Positions 1 to 12,942 are shown, counted from the first letter of the whole stretch. The stretch is 63,365 bases of DNA, filler included, from Choristocarpus tenellus KU-1152 (GCA_964200185.2; 11 parts of 11 records of this genome joined end to end with filler, not necessarily neighbours in it); one strand, 5' to 3'. The notes: a model not told the origin generated them from the sequence alone. Program-made: numbers and translations.

Positions 1-44
1 ACCCCTAAATAGACGCGGCTCTGCCCTCTAAGATACTTTGGCTC
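1..44 (+). mobile_element. MITE family A (Sola2-like), right end
   Basis: ccctaaatagacgcggctctgccctctaagatactttggctc matches the family right terminal inverted repeat (TIR). Confidence 0.85.
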
Positions 45-1380
45 GTCTGGATGTATATGCATATACCCCCCTGCTGACCCTGTAACAGCCGCAATGTTTA
101 CCATCTAGTTCGTGCCTCGCGAGGTAGACACCAATATCATCCATGTGACTTACCGTTCCACTACCCATGTGCTTCTCAATGATAGTTCTCCCACACTCTA
201 AGGGGCGTCCGGAACAAACGGCCCCCGGCCGACCAGGACAAGGAAAGAAGAAGACAAGAGGAAAGGGGAAGAAGAACAGACCAGGCGTCGGCGATCCATA
301 CCCGGCATCTGCCGCCCAGGTGGAGGGGGAGTGGGCGTCTCAACCCTGGAAAGTCCAATTGGCATACATAAGACGTATGCACACCAAGAATGTCCTCATC
401 AAGAGGGCTGTCCTGGAGGTCGCCATACAAGTTATGAACGACCTGAAAAGGAAAGACAAGCTCGGGATAGACCCCTACGCCGATGACTCCTCAGCAGGGT
501 CTTCAGCAGAGGGTCCTCCTACGAGATAATACATCCTCAGCGACGAGGTACTCAACTGAGTGTGACGTTCATCATCTCATCTCTCCACCGCATTTCAGTT
601 CTTATCAAGCCACCTACCTCACAATTAACGCCCCGATTGCGCACATTAATGTAGCCCCATAAAATCCACAGGTGAAGAGGGACCTTGTGTTGAGGGAGGA
701 TGTGGAGGAGGGTACAAAATACCTGGGCATCGTCAAATACTCTGAGGGCGTTACCCTGAATACCAGTGATGAACACACAGGCAAGCAATTACATCATTGT
801 ACAACATCGTTATATGTTAACATCTAAAGATGGTTCCCTACACCAAACACACAACCTAGACTCTCACAGATCTTACCGACGTTTGACAGTTTCACAACGA
901 ACATTGTCACAGGGTTCTCCGGTTTTATATGTTGCGAAGTTGCTCGTCGAACAGATTGATTCATACTTTCGCCGTGTTGTAAAGATCGACAGAACTCGGC
1001 AAAAGAAGGGAAGTTTTGTTGCGGTTACATGCTGGTCCTATGCGCATCCTCTTCACCCTATGTTACCAGTCTTATTTGTCTTCCTGTTTTATGGGCTCGA
1101 ATAATCCGCCCAAGTTTAACGAACCTCAAGTACTTTAATTCATTCATCATTTCCTCAGCCCCTTCCTCCTCCTCTGATCCTGCCGCGCTTACTCCTTCTC
1201 ACCAACCTCTACCTCATCCCTTGCCTCTAACATCTCCTCCCGTTGTTTTGACCCCCCTACTTCGCCACGTCCTTTGCCTACTCCTCCACCATCACAGAGA
1301 TAACTAGAGTCACAACCATCATGATCACCCCAGACAAGAACGACACATCCGAGCACGACCTTGGGAAATTCAAGTCCTAA

Positions 1381-2942
1381 ATGAGCGCCGCTCACGAGAG
1401 AGAAGTCAGCCTTCTCCAGACCCGACCAGGAGGCATGGTAATCACATGCATCATCCTCGAGGACAACCTAGATCCGGATCGTATCAAATTTCTCATAGAC
1501 GAACTCTCCACCTTCCGCAATTTTGCATTGGTGAAGACACTGGTAGCTGGTGGCGTATCCACGCCTATACCTTGTGGAAGACCCAACCCACCAGGTGATG
1601 AAAAGGGACAAGATAACCCATCGCCTAGCCCTGCAGTAGGTACGGGAAGCAGGACTCTACGAGGAGGGAGGCATACAATCACACCCTCGGAACACGACTC
1701 TGAAGGCGATGGAGACCGACCCATTTGTAACGCTTTGTCAGGTCCAGAGGAACTTGCACACAGGAGGACGTGAGGGGGCGGCTAGGCAGGAACTCAGAGT
1801 CCACGCATGTCAGGAGTGACCCATGTATGTCCCCGAACGCCCATTCGGTGGGCAGCGGTGGCGAAAAGTCCAAGATGCCAGGGAACACCTACCACGATGC
1901 TGTGGGGCGAAGTGAGAACCACGCCTATGCTCATCCAACCACAACACCGAGGAACAAGCCCTCCGTGAAAGGTAACGGAAAGAGGAAAAGGAAGGACGAT
2001 TTTCGGAAGAACATGTTGAGAGAAGACTCTGAAGGCGATGGGGACCGACCTGATTGTGACACTTTGTCGGGTCCAGAGGAACTTGTACAGGAGGACGTGG
2101 GTGGGCGTTCAGGCACGGACTCAGAGTCCCCGCCTGTTGGGAGTGACCCCGGAATGTCCCCAAACGCCCATTCGGTGGTCAGCGGCGGCGACGATTCACA
2201 AGCAGCAGGGAACACCTACGACCATACTGTGAGACGAAGTGAGAACCGCGTCCATGCCGATCCTACCCCAACCCCAAGGGACAAGCTTTCCAAGAAGGGC
2301 AAAGGAAAGGGGAAAAGGACGCTAATTAGGAAGAAGAGGGTGAGAGAAGGTGCTGTACGGATGAGACCCTTCAAATGGCCTCGTGGTCCTGATGGCAGCT
2401 TTTTAGAACCTGGCTTCTTCACAGACGTCTTTGCTTCTGCCAAAATGGGAAGATAAGTGGTAAATCCGTGTTCATCTACATTGAGGTACGACGATGATGA
2501 CGAAAGGTTATCTTGTGGTGATGAGGATTGCGTCACACAGGACGCGGCCGACTCTGGCGATGCATCCGATGTGGGGATCACTGAAGCCTTCATGGAGGCG
2601 TGTGTTACCGAGCTCCTACGATCGGCAACGGAACCTGCTTCTTCACAATATTGAGTGCAGACTCAAATCCTTCATAGGTTCATGATCATTAAGGCCGATA
2701 AAGGGGCCGATTCTCTTGTTTTCGGGGATGAATACTACGTCCACGAGCCCACACAGATTAAACTCGGCGATCATGGAGGGAAGTCAGGCAACACGTTGCG
2801 TCCCGAGCATGTGGAAGCACTCCAGGCGAGGAAGGCTATCTTCTTGAGCCTCGTGAAGCCCGAACCTTGGAGCACCAGGTACTCCACACGCCTAAATCTA
2901 TGGCACCTTCTTGTTGAGGCATACCCTAAGCTCACAGAGTGA
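1381..2942 (+). pseudogene. Disrupted long intronless ORF of unknown (probably TE-derived) origin with an internal ~330-bp tandem duplication
   Basis: Abutting ORFs 1381-1773, 1770-2456, 2457-2654 and 2655-2942 are separated by one frameshift and in-frame stops. Confidence 0.4.
1696..2320 (+). repeat. Two diverged direct copies of a ~330-bp unit (1696-~1995, 2025-~2320)
   Basis: gactctgaaggcgatgg...ggtccagaggaacttg...gggaacacctac occurs twice. Confidence 0.9.
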
Positions 2943-3774
2943 TAGGAGAAGGGTGACGAATGCAACTTCGAGTCCACCCACCAATTGAAATAGGGCTTCG
3001 GTCGTTTCGTTTTTTGTTGAGGTATGGGTAGAGTTACAGGTACACTGATTTATGCATCAGTGTACCTTGCCTTGGTGTCCGACTACCATGTTCATGCACT
3101 TTCCATTCCATGAGCTATACATTTAGACAGTGGTATCATATATGATACTTATGTTGAGGATTATACCTGTGTTTTTATTTGTTTAAAAGAGCGTGTCCAT
3201 TACAAGATTTAGACTACTAAAATATAAAACACTTTTTGAACAACTCTTCTCCATCTTTTCAACTAAGTTTCCAATCAATTCGCCTAGGCCTACGATGGAT
3301 ACTTTGTCCTTTTGAAAGCCGCTAATTATTCCTTGAACACTACTACGTACCTCCCCCGTTCTTCTCAATATTCTATGCACCGTCTCATGCTTTGTCCAAG
3401 TGTCGACAAACTAGAACCGATCTCGTCCTCATTCGAATCTTGAAGGATGATATACTGAAGTCCACGCACGATGCTCTTAAGCACAGCACCAACCGAGGAC
3501 CTCTGGAAGTGTACCTTGAACTACTTTCAGAGAAACGTACGACAATAGACCTCGATCAATAACCACTCGTATACACCTCCAGATTCCGTTCACACCTTAC
3601 ATGAGAGATAATATATAATACACTAACCCGAAAAAAAACCTGATCCTTTTCCCTTCCTTCATACCAAAAACTTCAATCTTAACACCCTCAGCGACAACCA
3701 CGTCTGATTACATACTAAATCCAATACATGCACGCAAATAAACGAAGTATTACATTCAAACTGTACATGATATA

Positions 3775-3869
3775 GAGTGAAAGTATCTTAGAGGGTACGA
3801 GTTTTACCCTATTGTCCCTTTGGTGCTTGGCTTCTCATGGTTGACCCAAAGCATCTGGGAGGGGGGGGG
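3775..3869 (+). mobile_element. MITE A left end interrupted by the start of a poly-G MITE B copy
   Basis: gagtgaaagtatcttagagggtacgag... followed by gacccaaagcatctgggagggg at the contig end. Confidence 0.8.
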
Positions 3870-3969
3870 NNNNNNNNNNNNNNNNNNNNNNNNNNNNNNN
3901 NNNNNNNNNNNNNTTAATTAATTAANNNNNNNNNNNNNNNNNNNNNNNNNNNNNNNNNNNNNNNNNNNN
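3870..3969. other. Synthetic contig linker (N44-TTAATTAATTAA-N44); identical linkers at 8050-8149, 12843-12942, 17150-17249, 23996-24095, 27485-27584, 32838-32937, 40885-40984, 52439-52538, 56162-56261
   Basis: Identical 100-nt structure occurs 10 times; the core gives stop codons in all six frames. Confidence 0.98.
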
Positions 3970-4015
3970 GCTCTACCCTCTAAGATACTTTGGTACACTG
4001 TAACTTGGGTAAAAT

Positions 4016-4331
4016 TACACTCATTACGATGTATACACTCATTACGATGTATGCACTCATTAGTACGATGTATGCACTCATTAGTACGATGTACACACTC
4101 ATTAGTACGATGCACACACTCATTAGTACGATGTATACACTCATTAGTACGATGTATACACTCATTAGTACGATGTATGCACTCATTAGTACGATGTATG
4201 CACTCATTAGTACGATGTATGCACTCATTAGTACGATGTATGCACTCATTAGTACGATGTACACACTCATTACGATGTATGCACTCATTAGTACGATGTA
4301 CACACTCATTAGTACGATGTACACACTCATA
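4016..4331. repeat. Minisatellite, 21-bp unit CACTCATTAGTACGATGTA(T/C)(G/A), with some 18-bp variants, about 15 copies
   Basis: Direct tandem repetition; it accounts for the repetitive ORFs at 3918-4379. Confidence 0.95.
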
Positions 4332-4484
4332 TATGTATTGTGCACCGTTCTAACAAAGTATCCGCAAGCCATTGGATGACTGGACAGGCTACTCGCTGTT
4401 CAAATCAACTCAACGTTCACAGCCAACCTCCCTCCAATACCCTTCCCTACCTATTCAATTGCACTCTACAACGATATTATACAG

Positions 4485-6038
4485 TACAGTTTCGAAACCT
4501 CCGCCGTGGATCAAACGTAGCTACACCGTCATGCACCCCCCATTGCATGCACTGAGTAAAACGACTTATTCGCTAATTAAAAAAATCGCGACTGCCAAAA
4601 AAAATCTCGAATGTCTGCCTGTTTGATCGGCCAAGTCAACTTTACTTTCTGGGCATATATTAGTATGAAACATCGTTCATGCTGCACTCTTCGGCGGTTG
4701 TTTCTAAGCTTGCAAACTACTCAGCTACTTGAGAGTACGACAGCGGAGGAATCAACAACACTGAAGAGGCTGCTCCTTTCCTCACGGCCCCCAATGCACT
4801 GCCCCTTCCCATAAACCCATTGCCATCCTCTTCACCCGAGCTTTCATTGTCTGACTGGTACAAGAATTTCTCAAGCAGCTGGTCTTTCATATCCTCTAGT
4901 GTCGCATTGGCCACTTCATTGTTGTCTTTCGCACCGATCCATGCTCTTGCTGCGTTGATTGAAGTCTGAGACGACTTTCTGCTGGGTTTGAGGTGCAGAG
5001 CGTCAAGAGCATTAGAGAGATCCTCATCAATATATGGGGACACCTTGTGTGGGCGTTACCTCTATGATAAAAAATGTCCACGGTACAGACATTAAAATAC
5101 AACAGAAACGAGCGCAATAAAATCAAAAAATTAAATCGTCATCCTCATCAGCAGACACACCTTAGTATGTTCGGTGCCCCTCCCAGACTCGATGTCAGGC
5201 TTTAGCGTCTGTGCTCTCTCCGTGATGGTTCTTGCCTTCTTCAACTCGTAGAGGGTGCTGTGACCAGTTCCAAACTTTTGGGCAACCGCAGTTTCCCGTC
5301 ATGGTCTTCGGGAGTTTCAATGTTTCCACCTTCTCTGCAAAGATCATGCGTTTACGGTTGTCGTCACTGCGAGGCTTGTTCTTGTAGGACGTGACTTTCT
5401 CCGTAGATATATTTGGCAGCACCTTCCCCTTGCCCCTTGTTCTTGTTATCGTGGCGCTTTCACGCCGTGTTACCGTGTTGTCACCGGCTGGAGGACTCTA
5501 AGCCTTGCGGTTGATGGGATTGATGGGATTCGCACACAATTTGCGCACGGGTTTCATTTCGCTGGCACCAAAAGGGATCCGCGATGCCGCAAATGCCATG
5601 AAGATAGCCACTGCAACGCGATACGTATGGCATGTATAGTGTGGTGGACCAGTATTACCCTGTATGTTGCAGCTGGATCCCGCTGCACAGTGCATCGTTG
5701 TATCTGTACAATGCAGTCGTCTAACCCTTGGTCTGATATGCTGTATGTAATCTACTGTGCAGTACTGAGAGACAAAAGACTGCTATGTTGTGTACTGCTG
5801 GTGTCGAGCAGGTTTGTGCCTTACTTTGTTATATTTTGCTTGACTTTAGACATGACTTTTTTGGAAGGCCCTCGGCCGAGTCATGAACAAGATTGCAAGT
5901 TTGCTCGATATAAGAGAGAATTGGGAGGAAAATACCGAAACCTCTCTTATAACCTGAAAAGTTGTGAAGAGGCAATTTCCCCTCTTTTATATCTCGTTTT
6001 CTCTAATATCGACCTCTCTTATATAGGTACACCAACTG
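4485..6038 (-). mobile_element. Decayed pogo/Tigger-like (CENP-B type) DNA transposon derivative
   Basis: Minus-strand fragments: Cys-rich start (CAAGSSC), RKRMIFAEKVETLKL (HTH-psq-like), acidic stretch, then PPLSYSQVAE; one end reads TA-CAGTTGGTGTACCTATATAAGAG with repeated CTCTTATA subterminal motifs; inserted at a TA of a MITE A copy. Confidence 0.45.
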
Positions 6039-6042
6039 TACT

Positions 6043-6175
6043 TTATGAAAGGTGTGTCCAGAACAAGGATATTGACACTTCCTAACCAACGCGATAGCCA
6101 AAATTACATCAAATTGCAACATTGGATTTTGACCCCCAAACGGACGCGACTCTACCCGCTAAGATACTTTGACTC
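6043..6175 (+). mobile_element. MITE A, right half
   Basis: Matches family consensus through the right TIR ...aagatactttgactc. Confidence 0.9.
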
Positions 6176-6285
6176 ACATGGTGTTTCAGTGCGACATTGC
6201 TCAACGAAAACATGGTGGTGCAAGGCCAAGGGTTTAGCACCATGGTTGTTACACCTTGAATGCGAGGCTGAACATCTAGCGGATT

Positions 6286-6571
6286 GAGTGAAAGTATCTT
6301 AGGGTTAGGGTACGAGTTTTTCCCTGTTTGTCCATTTGGGACTTGGCTTCCTATGAGTTTTTATTATGACATTTTCCTGCTCCAAAATGGTTAGGAGTAG
6401 AGACCAAATGTGTACGTTATGAAAAGGTGAGTCCGGAACAAGGATATTGACACTTCCTAACAAACACGGTAGTCAAAATTACATTATAATCGCAACAATG
6501 GATTTTGGTCCCCAAATGGACGCGGCCCTACCCTAACCCTAAGATACTAAGATACTAAGATACTTTGACTT
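6286..6571 (+). mobile_element. MITE A full copy with telomeric repeats in both TIRs
   Basis: TIRs gagtgaaagtatcttagggttagggta / taccctaaccctaagatac...; flanks GATT/GATC. Confidence 0.93.
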
Positions 6572-8202
6572 GATCGTGGCACCACCGCTGGTTGCACTGA
6601 CGACCAAGCTGAAGGACGGGTAGTGATTGGTTCTTCTGGTTGTTAGAGATCCACTTCGTTGCACGGGCGTTGATTCTCTCCCTTTGGACCGTACTAGTTC
6701 AGTACGAGGAACCTGGTTGCCCATGATGTGGATTGCATAGGACATTATTCTGGATGATGGGAGTCGGGGTATGACCGGTGTGAGAGGTAACTGGCTTCTT
6801 TTCACGATTTGCATAGTGGTACCGTTGAGCAAACGTGGCAGCGTATTCCTCGTTAATCTGTTCGAGACGAATGCGACGAGTGTTGGGTAAGGGAGTAAGT
6901 CTTCGCCGTCGATTCTCTTGTTCGTTTCATCATGAACTGCTCTCTAGTAAGGTGATGATGGTATTGGTGATATCTCTTGTTAAACCTTGATACAATGAAA
7001 GTGTTCTGAAGATCGGTTCGTGACAGAGGTGCGTGCGTCGAAAGGTGTATTGAAGTGTTGTGTTGGTGTACCGAATCGGTGCTAATGTTTGATCGACTTC
7101 TGTTAACGGCCGGACACACTTGCAGTGTGGGCAAGAGGGAGGTGAACGCATTGATCAATGCTTTCTGCGCATCTTCCCACAAGGTTTGGAGATTTATGAG
7201 TTACAGGGATAAACGGAGGAAAATTATAACCTGTCAAGGAGAGTTGAAACGAGCGAGAGGCACTCCAGAATAGCATTTGTAAGAATGCTGACAAAAATGT
7301 GCAAACCTTGTATTTTTTTTACCCGATTGCGTGTAAGGGTATTTTGTTAATTGTTTCAGAATAATTTCAGAACAATAGAGAAGTTGACACTCTCAAGTCA
7401 AACTTAGCGCTTCATCCGTAGAAATGTGGGGGTGACTCACAAGAGATTTGAAAATGTGCTTCAAACGCAAAACAACCAGAAACTGGGTGCCTCTTGTTTA
7501 CTTGGGCTCAATCTCGATCACTCGTTGAACGCTGTTCAAATATTGGGTGTTGTATCCCAACAGGCGTTGCAACTCTTCCTGTGGCTCCGTCACTTCTTCC
7601 GTCAATTGACTTTGGCATGGGGAGTGGGGAGTGGGGAGTAACAGAAACGCGCCTCACATGCATTTCAACTGCCAGAATCAACACGATACCGTTGTCTGTG
7701 CCTTCTCATGGCCATACTGCACTCCAGAACAGACTGTAACCCTACTTGACATCCCTGTCGACTTTGCTGAGGCTTCTTTCTTCATTTCTCTCTTCCATAA
7801 GTGGCCATGTTCTTTTTTTTATGCAAGAAAGTTATTTCGGCTTGTATAATAAAAAAAAAATCAAATCTCAGCAGCATGTGCAGTGGTAGCTTTTTTCCAG
7901 AACGTTTTGGGTGGCATACATTTCGCGCCTCCATGTTGTAAAAAAGTCAAATGTTTTTGTTGTCGAAAAGGACAGCCCTAACTTGGTTTCTTTGTATCAA
8001 ACGCGTGGAATGTCGTTCATTCTTGAGTCTTCTTTCCCCCTGTCCCCCTNNNNNNNNNNNNNNNNNNNNNNNNNNNNNNNNNNNNNNNNNNNNTTAATTA
8101 ATTAANNNNNNNNNNNNNNNNNNNNNNNNNNNNNNNNNNNNNNNNNNNNGGAGTCGCAATCAACGCCACATAAAACACATCGCTCTTTTGACGCAGACAC
8201 AC

Positions 8203-10706
8203 CTTGCTCTTTTTCTTGTCATCCTTGTCTTTCGAGCTCTTCTTCTTGCTCTTCTCCTTGTCCCCATCCCCCCCGTCATCCTTATTCCTGGCCTCTTCAT
8301 CACACGCCTCTTGGTACAGTTCCAGACCCTCTATCTCCCACAAGACATCGAAGGCGGTCTTGGGGTCATTGTTCCCAAGGGCGTCCGTAAGGATCTACGC
8401 AGAAGGGCCCACAACACACAACACACAACACACAACACACAACACACAACACACGAGCATGCAGGGACCTGGGTAACACAGCACAAAACATCTACAGAAA
8501 AAAAAAAAACACTCAAGGAACTACTGGCGGCGTCAACACAGAGTCGTGATTCCAAAGGCAGATGAAACCAGAAAAGGAAGGAGGGACAATGGAGCAAGGG
8601 CTGCATCAAGGGGGATCGAGCGCTACTGTGCCGGTACCTAACCCTAACCCTAACCCTAACCCTAACCATAGGGTTGAAGTTTGGAAATGCTGGAGACAAA
8701 GACCTCAGGCGGATAGATCAATAATTAGGTTACGGTGTCCGGGGAGACCTCTGCACCACTCCCAGAGCAAGTAACCCTCAACCCAAAAAAAAATTATGCA
8801 AATTCCCGGCGTGACACCTGATATGCCCAAAATACTTTATGGTCAGGTTTGCATCTCTTTGCCACACATGTTGCATTAGCTTGTTGCACACAGAGACCCC
8901 TCCCCTCTGAACACATGGCATCCCTAGGTGAAGAGGCACTAGAGAGGTACCTACATGCTGTTACTGGCGCGGGCAGGGCAACCTTATCCTAAATTTGTCG
9001 CCGTACCTCGTACAATTGTAGGATAAGACAATTATCCCCCTTTTCAGCTTCTTGGTGAAAGATCAAAGACTTGGGAGGTGAACAAAAACACAAGAACCCG
9101 GTTTTAATTTTTTACAACACGTAGCTCAACAGCCCTCTCTCACAACAGCTGAGTAGTTGTTAAACACCACACAAGCTTACAAGGGGTCAATTTACACCTC
9201 GCCCCAGATAGCTACTCCCACTCACCCTTGTGAATACAACACACTGGCAATGGCAGAAAAGTTATACATACATATATATATAGATATATATATCGGAGTG
9301 TCAAATGTGAATCCACTCAAGTGATCAAAAGCACTAGAATCAACAAACTGATGGCTTCCTGAAATTCATGCATCAAACCTCACCTCAAGCATCTGATTGA
9401 GGCGCCCGAGCTTGGTCTCTAGTTTCATGTTGTAGAGCATATTACGTTCCCTCATCTTGAGTACATTGCGGAGCCTTTCCATGTCCCTATCCACTGCTTC
9501 CTTGACTCGCAAAAATCACAACATGAACAAACAACAGGTGAAAGAGTCACAGGAAAGGAAAAAAAAAATCATCATCAACGCTGCTGCTGCTGCTTTTGAC
9601 TGGGCATTGTAGGGCTCGCAAAATACAAGGTTGCAACAAAGTTGTCCTTTTTTCTATGGTTGTTTATGTGTGTGAGTAAGTTTCATGTCGTATTATTTCT
9701 GTGAGGAAACTCGTTTCTTGAGCACTCCTGCATGCCCTATTGTGCCTCCCTGGGGGCGGCATGGGGTTGCACATCAAGGCAAGCGTTCTGGGTTATGCAA
9801 CATAGACCGTTTTGTTTAAGACACGTTTTTCGAAATAGGGACTAAAGTTGACATCAAGTTTTGGGCAGAAGAAATTTTTTAATGAAGGATTCGATTTCAG
9901 TGAGTTTAGGAAACTACTGCTGAATGAAGTCGCTTTGACGGCCTTCACTCTGGGTGCAAGGATTAGTCCGAGCACACCAAAGTCAAAATTCCAACTGAGT
10001 TAGAAGACACACTACGGGTTCTGAGGGTTTTGTAGGAGAGGCACGTTTAGGAAGTATGTAGATTGGCGCAGATTCCACGAAGACTAGTGTTTGGTGCATG
10101 GTGTGAAGAATAGCCAATGTAAAAGGCATGGACTAGTAGTCCTTCTGGTGCATGGACCGACGGATTAGAATTGTCAAGGAATAGCATCCTCACAGACTAG
10201 AAGCCAAATACCATATTAACCGATAGACACCTACAAACACTCTACAATTGCCTGAATGCAAGAAAGAAAAACGAAGGGCATCTCAGCCAGCAAGTCGCTC
10301 TGCTGGAATTGGAGACCTCTCGCACCTTGGCGCGTTTGCCGGCTTGTTCCGCTTGGATTGTCTCCTTCTTGCCAGGTTTCCCTGCCCCTTTCTTGGTTCC
10401 TTTCGAAGAGGAGGCCTTCTTCGCGGCCGCCGCCTCGCTCTTTGCCTTGATCTCTGCTTCTGCCTCCTCCTCCTTGGCTCGTTCCCAGACAGCACAAGGG
10501 TCGAAGTCCGACGTGGGCCAGAGGTTGCGCAACCACAGTGGCATCATACACACCTTTTCGTAGACAGCTGGTCGGCTACGTCCCACCCGACGCTTCTTGA
10601 AAGGCATACCTTCCCACCTAACATCAAATCTCTCATCCTTCTTGATATTGCTCTGCATGCGAGGTTCTCCACCACCTCCTTCATCCATGCCTTGAAACTC
10701 CGCCAT
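8203..10706 (-). CDS. 5' part of a Lys/Glu-rich protein of unknown function; exons 10706-10326, 9500-9384, 8394-8203 (runs off the contig)
   Basis: ATG at 10706; GT/AG boundaries, all phase 0 (381, 117, 192 nt), give a continuous peptide ...GKRAK|EAVDRDMERLRNV...NQMLE|ILTDALGNNDPK... Confidence 0.8.
8410..8453. repeat. (CACAACA)n microsatellite in an intron
   Basis: Direct repeat. Confidence 0.9.
8637..8667. repeat. Interstitial telomeric repeat (CCCTAA), about 5 units
   Basis: cctaaccctaaccctaaccctaaccctaacc. Confidence 0.95.
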
Positions 10707-11311
10707 GCCCTCTCACCCTCTATTAAACAGGATTCGAGTTGTAATGTCGTACACCTGAACAGGAGTTTCGTTCAGCGATCCCCGATAGGAATGCTGCCCT
10801 TTCTTCCAGACAGCTGAGAGGACGTTCCTCAGCCCTGACCACTACTACCACCGTAAGCAAAAGTTTGGTGGTCTGCCAAGGTCCCCTCGCGCGCAGCTCG
10901 CGCTACTTCGTCATTACTGTACTTTTTGGGATAGGTATATGGTCTCTTCGCATGTAAGGATACTTAGAGTCCTATTTCCATTGGTTGGAACACTGTGCCG
11001 TATGTGTCCTTTCATAAAAGTTGTGACGCAGAGATATAGGTATGATACATATCATTCACCCCTACCTGTTTTTGCAGGTAAGGGTAACACAATCAAGAGA
11101 GAGAGTATTTAGGTCAACACAGCCTCATCAGCAGCATCACGTCGCAAGCTTCCTATGCCAGGGACGCGTACCCCATTGGCTTAAGCAAAGAGGTTCTGTG
11201 TTGAAGGAATTGATCCACAGAGTTTCAGGAAATACAACTCAGCTAGACGCAGAAAACAGTTGTCTGTATCATCGGTAGTGATACAACCAGGAAAAAAAAA
11301 CATCAATCACG

Positions 11312-12685
11312 ATGAGAGGTTGTTTTCTTCCTTTGGCGCTGGTCTCCTCTCCCTCTCCCTGCCGATCCCCTGCATTCCTACCCCCCCTTGCATTCAAGCG
11401 CTCCTTAAATGTTGGCATTGAAGGTGACAAGTATCCTTGCGCGCTGAGAGAGTATGGGCGAAGAATCTCCCATTTAGCACGCTTACGCTCAGGATGTAGA
11501 CTGAGTGTCATGAGACAAGAAATTCGAAGTGGTTTCGGTGTTGATGTGTGTAGGCAAAAGAGGAGCAATCGAATGCGAATGTCATCCGTGACCGAGAGAG
11601 AGATATTGCGAGAGTTCTCTTCAGCAGCTGCTGAGAATGACATCGAGACTAGGGCAGGAAATAATGGGCAAAAGAGTTCTGCTGATCGTGGAATGGGAAT
11701 GTCGGGGGAGGAGGGTCCAGAGGGGACCAGAGACCCTTCAGACTACAGGTTTGTCTGATCCCTTACTCCACATGAGTGTGCCCAGGGACAATGGTGATTG
11801 GTTGCACAGGAAGTATTAAGATGCTTCTGGCAGCTGTGTTTAGTTGTGGACTTCCCTTTGTAAATGATTGCTCGTATCGACTACTAGAAGTACTTATTCC
11901 TGCTCTTCGTACCCGGACCCATGTATGCCTCGAGTGAAATCTCTTTCATACCGGTGTGGCATGAATTGTACAAACCGTAGGAGAGGTGCGAATGTATGTG
12001 TGTAGGAGCATCAGCAAACGGGATATGTGTGCAATTGCTTATTAAGAAACAGAGAGATTTGGCGATGCTACTAGTGGAGTATTTTGACTAAATAACAGTG
12101 GCCGTGTATTTGTATTGACTACTGGGCTGTAATAGAATGGCATAATTCTTGGATATCTAAGCGTTGCATCACAGCCTGGCCACTGTGAAGTCTTGTTATT
12201 GATCTCATCATCCCATGTTGTTGTAAAACCATATACCAAATGGCAGTTCACCGAAGTCTAGAAATCTCTATTCCTTTTCCCCCACTAACCCAAAACCTAA
12301 CCCTAACCCCCCCTCCCCACTAGTCGTTTGTGATCTTGTTCGCCCTAGTCCGTGATGCCTCCCTGGTGTGGAAATATTCTCTAACCTCTTCAGACCACCC
12401 CTCTTTCCTCTTGCCTTATCTATCTGCAATAATAGATCTTCCACTTTAACATCAAACGTGTTTCATACCACTCTTTGCCTCCTTCACTTGTATGCCATTC
12501 ACATGTCCAGCGCAATGATACCCCCCTAACTTGGCATATCACATTCCTCACGTGTGTCACTTGGTTGTCTTGTGCATTCTCAATTTTTTTGCAGGTATGG
12601 TGATGTGAAGACAGATGACAGTGGGCTACCACTAGTCTATGACAGCGAACTCATCGAGCGGTACTGGGACAAACGGCCAGGAGAG
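11312..12685 (+). CDS. ABC1/UbiB atypical kinase (ABC1K-like), probably plastid-targeted; exons 11312-11748 and 12595-12685 (partial)
   Basis: Phase-2 GT/AG join gives RYGDVKTDDSGLPLVYDSELIERYWDKRPGE, matching the LPLVYD..I..YW..RP N-terminal motif of plastid ABC1K proteins; the N-terminus MRGCFLPLALVSS...SPAFLPP resembles a signal peptide plus ASAF-type motif. Confidence 0.72.
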
Positions 12686-12730
12686 GTGAAAGGGAACAGG
12701 CACAACAGTAGGGTATCAGTGGAATGAGCA

Positions 12731-12794
<64 letters not shown>

Positions 12795-12942
12795 TTTTAA
12801 GAGGAGGGGAGGGGCAAAGGCCGCACCCCCCCCCCCCCCGAANNNNNNNNNNNNNNNNNNNNNNNNNNNNNNNNNNNNNNNNNNNNTTAATTAATTAANN
12901 NNNNNNNNNNNNNNNNNNNNNNNNNNNNNNNNNNNNNNNNNN

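Noticed and set aside
3870-3969. Recurrent TTAATTAATTAA palindrome between N runs
   Set aside because: Synthetic assembly linker; adjacency across linkers has no biological meaning
3918-4379. Repetitive ORFs and a CRISPR-like appearance
   Set aside because: Pure tandem repeat with no unique spacers; the ORFs are translation artefacts and there are no cas genes
12732-12792. ~60-nt poly-G run
   Set aside because: Near a contig end; its length is probably a sequencing or assembly artefact
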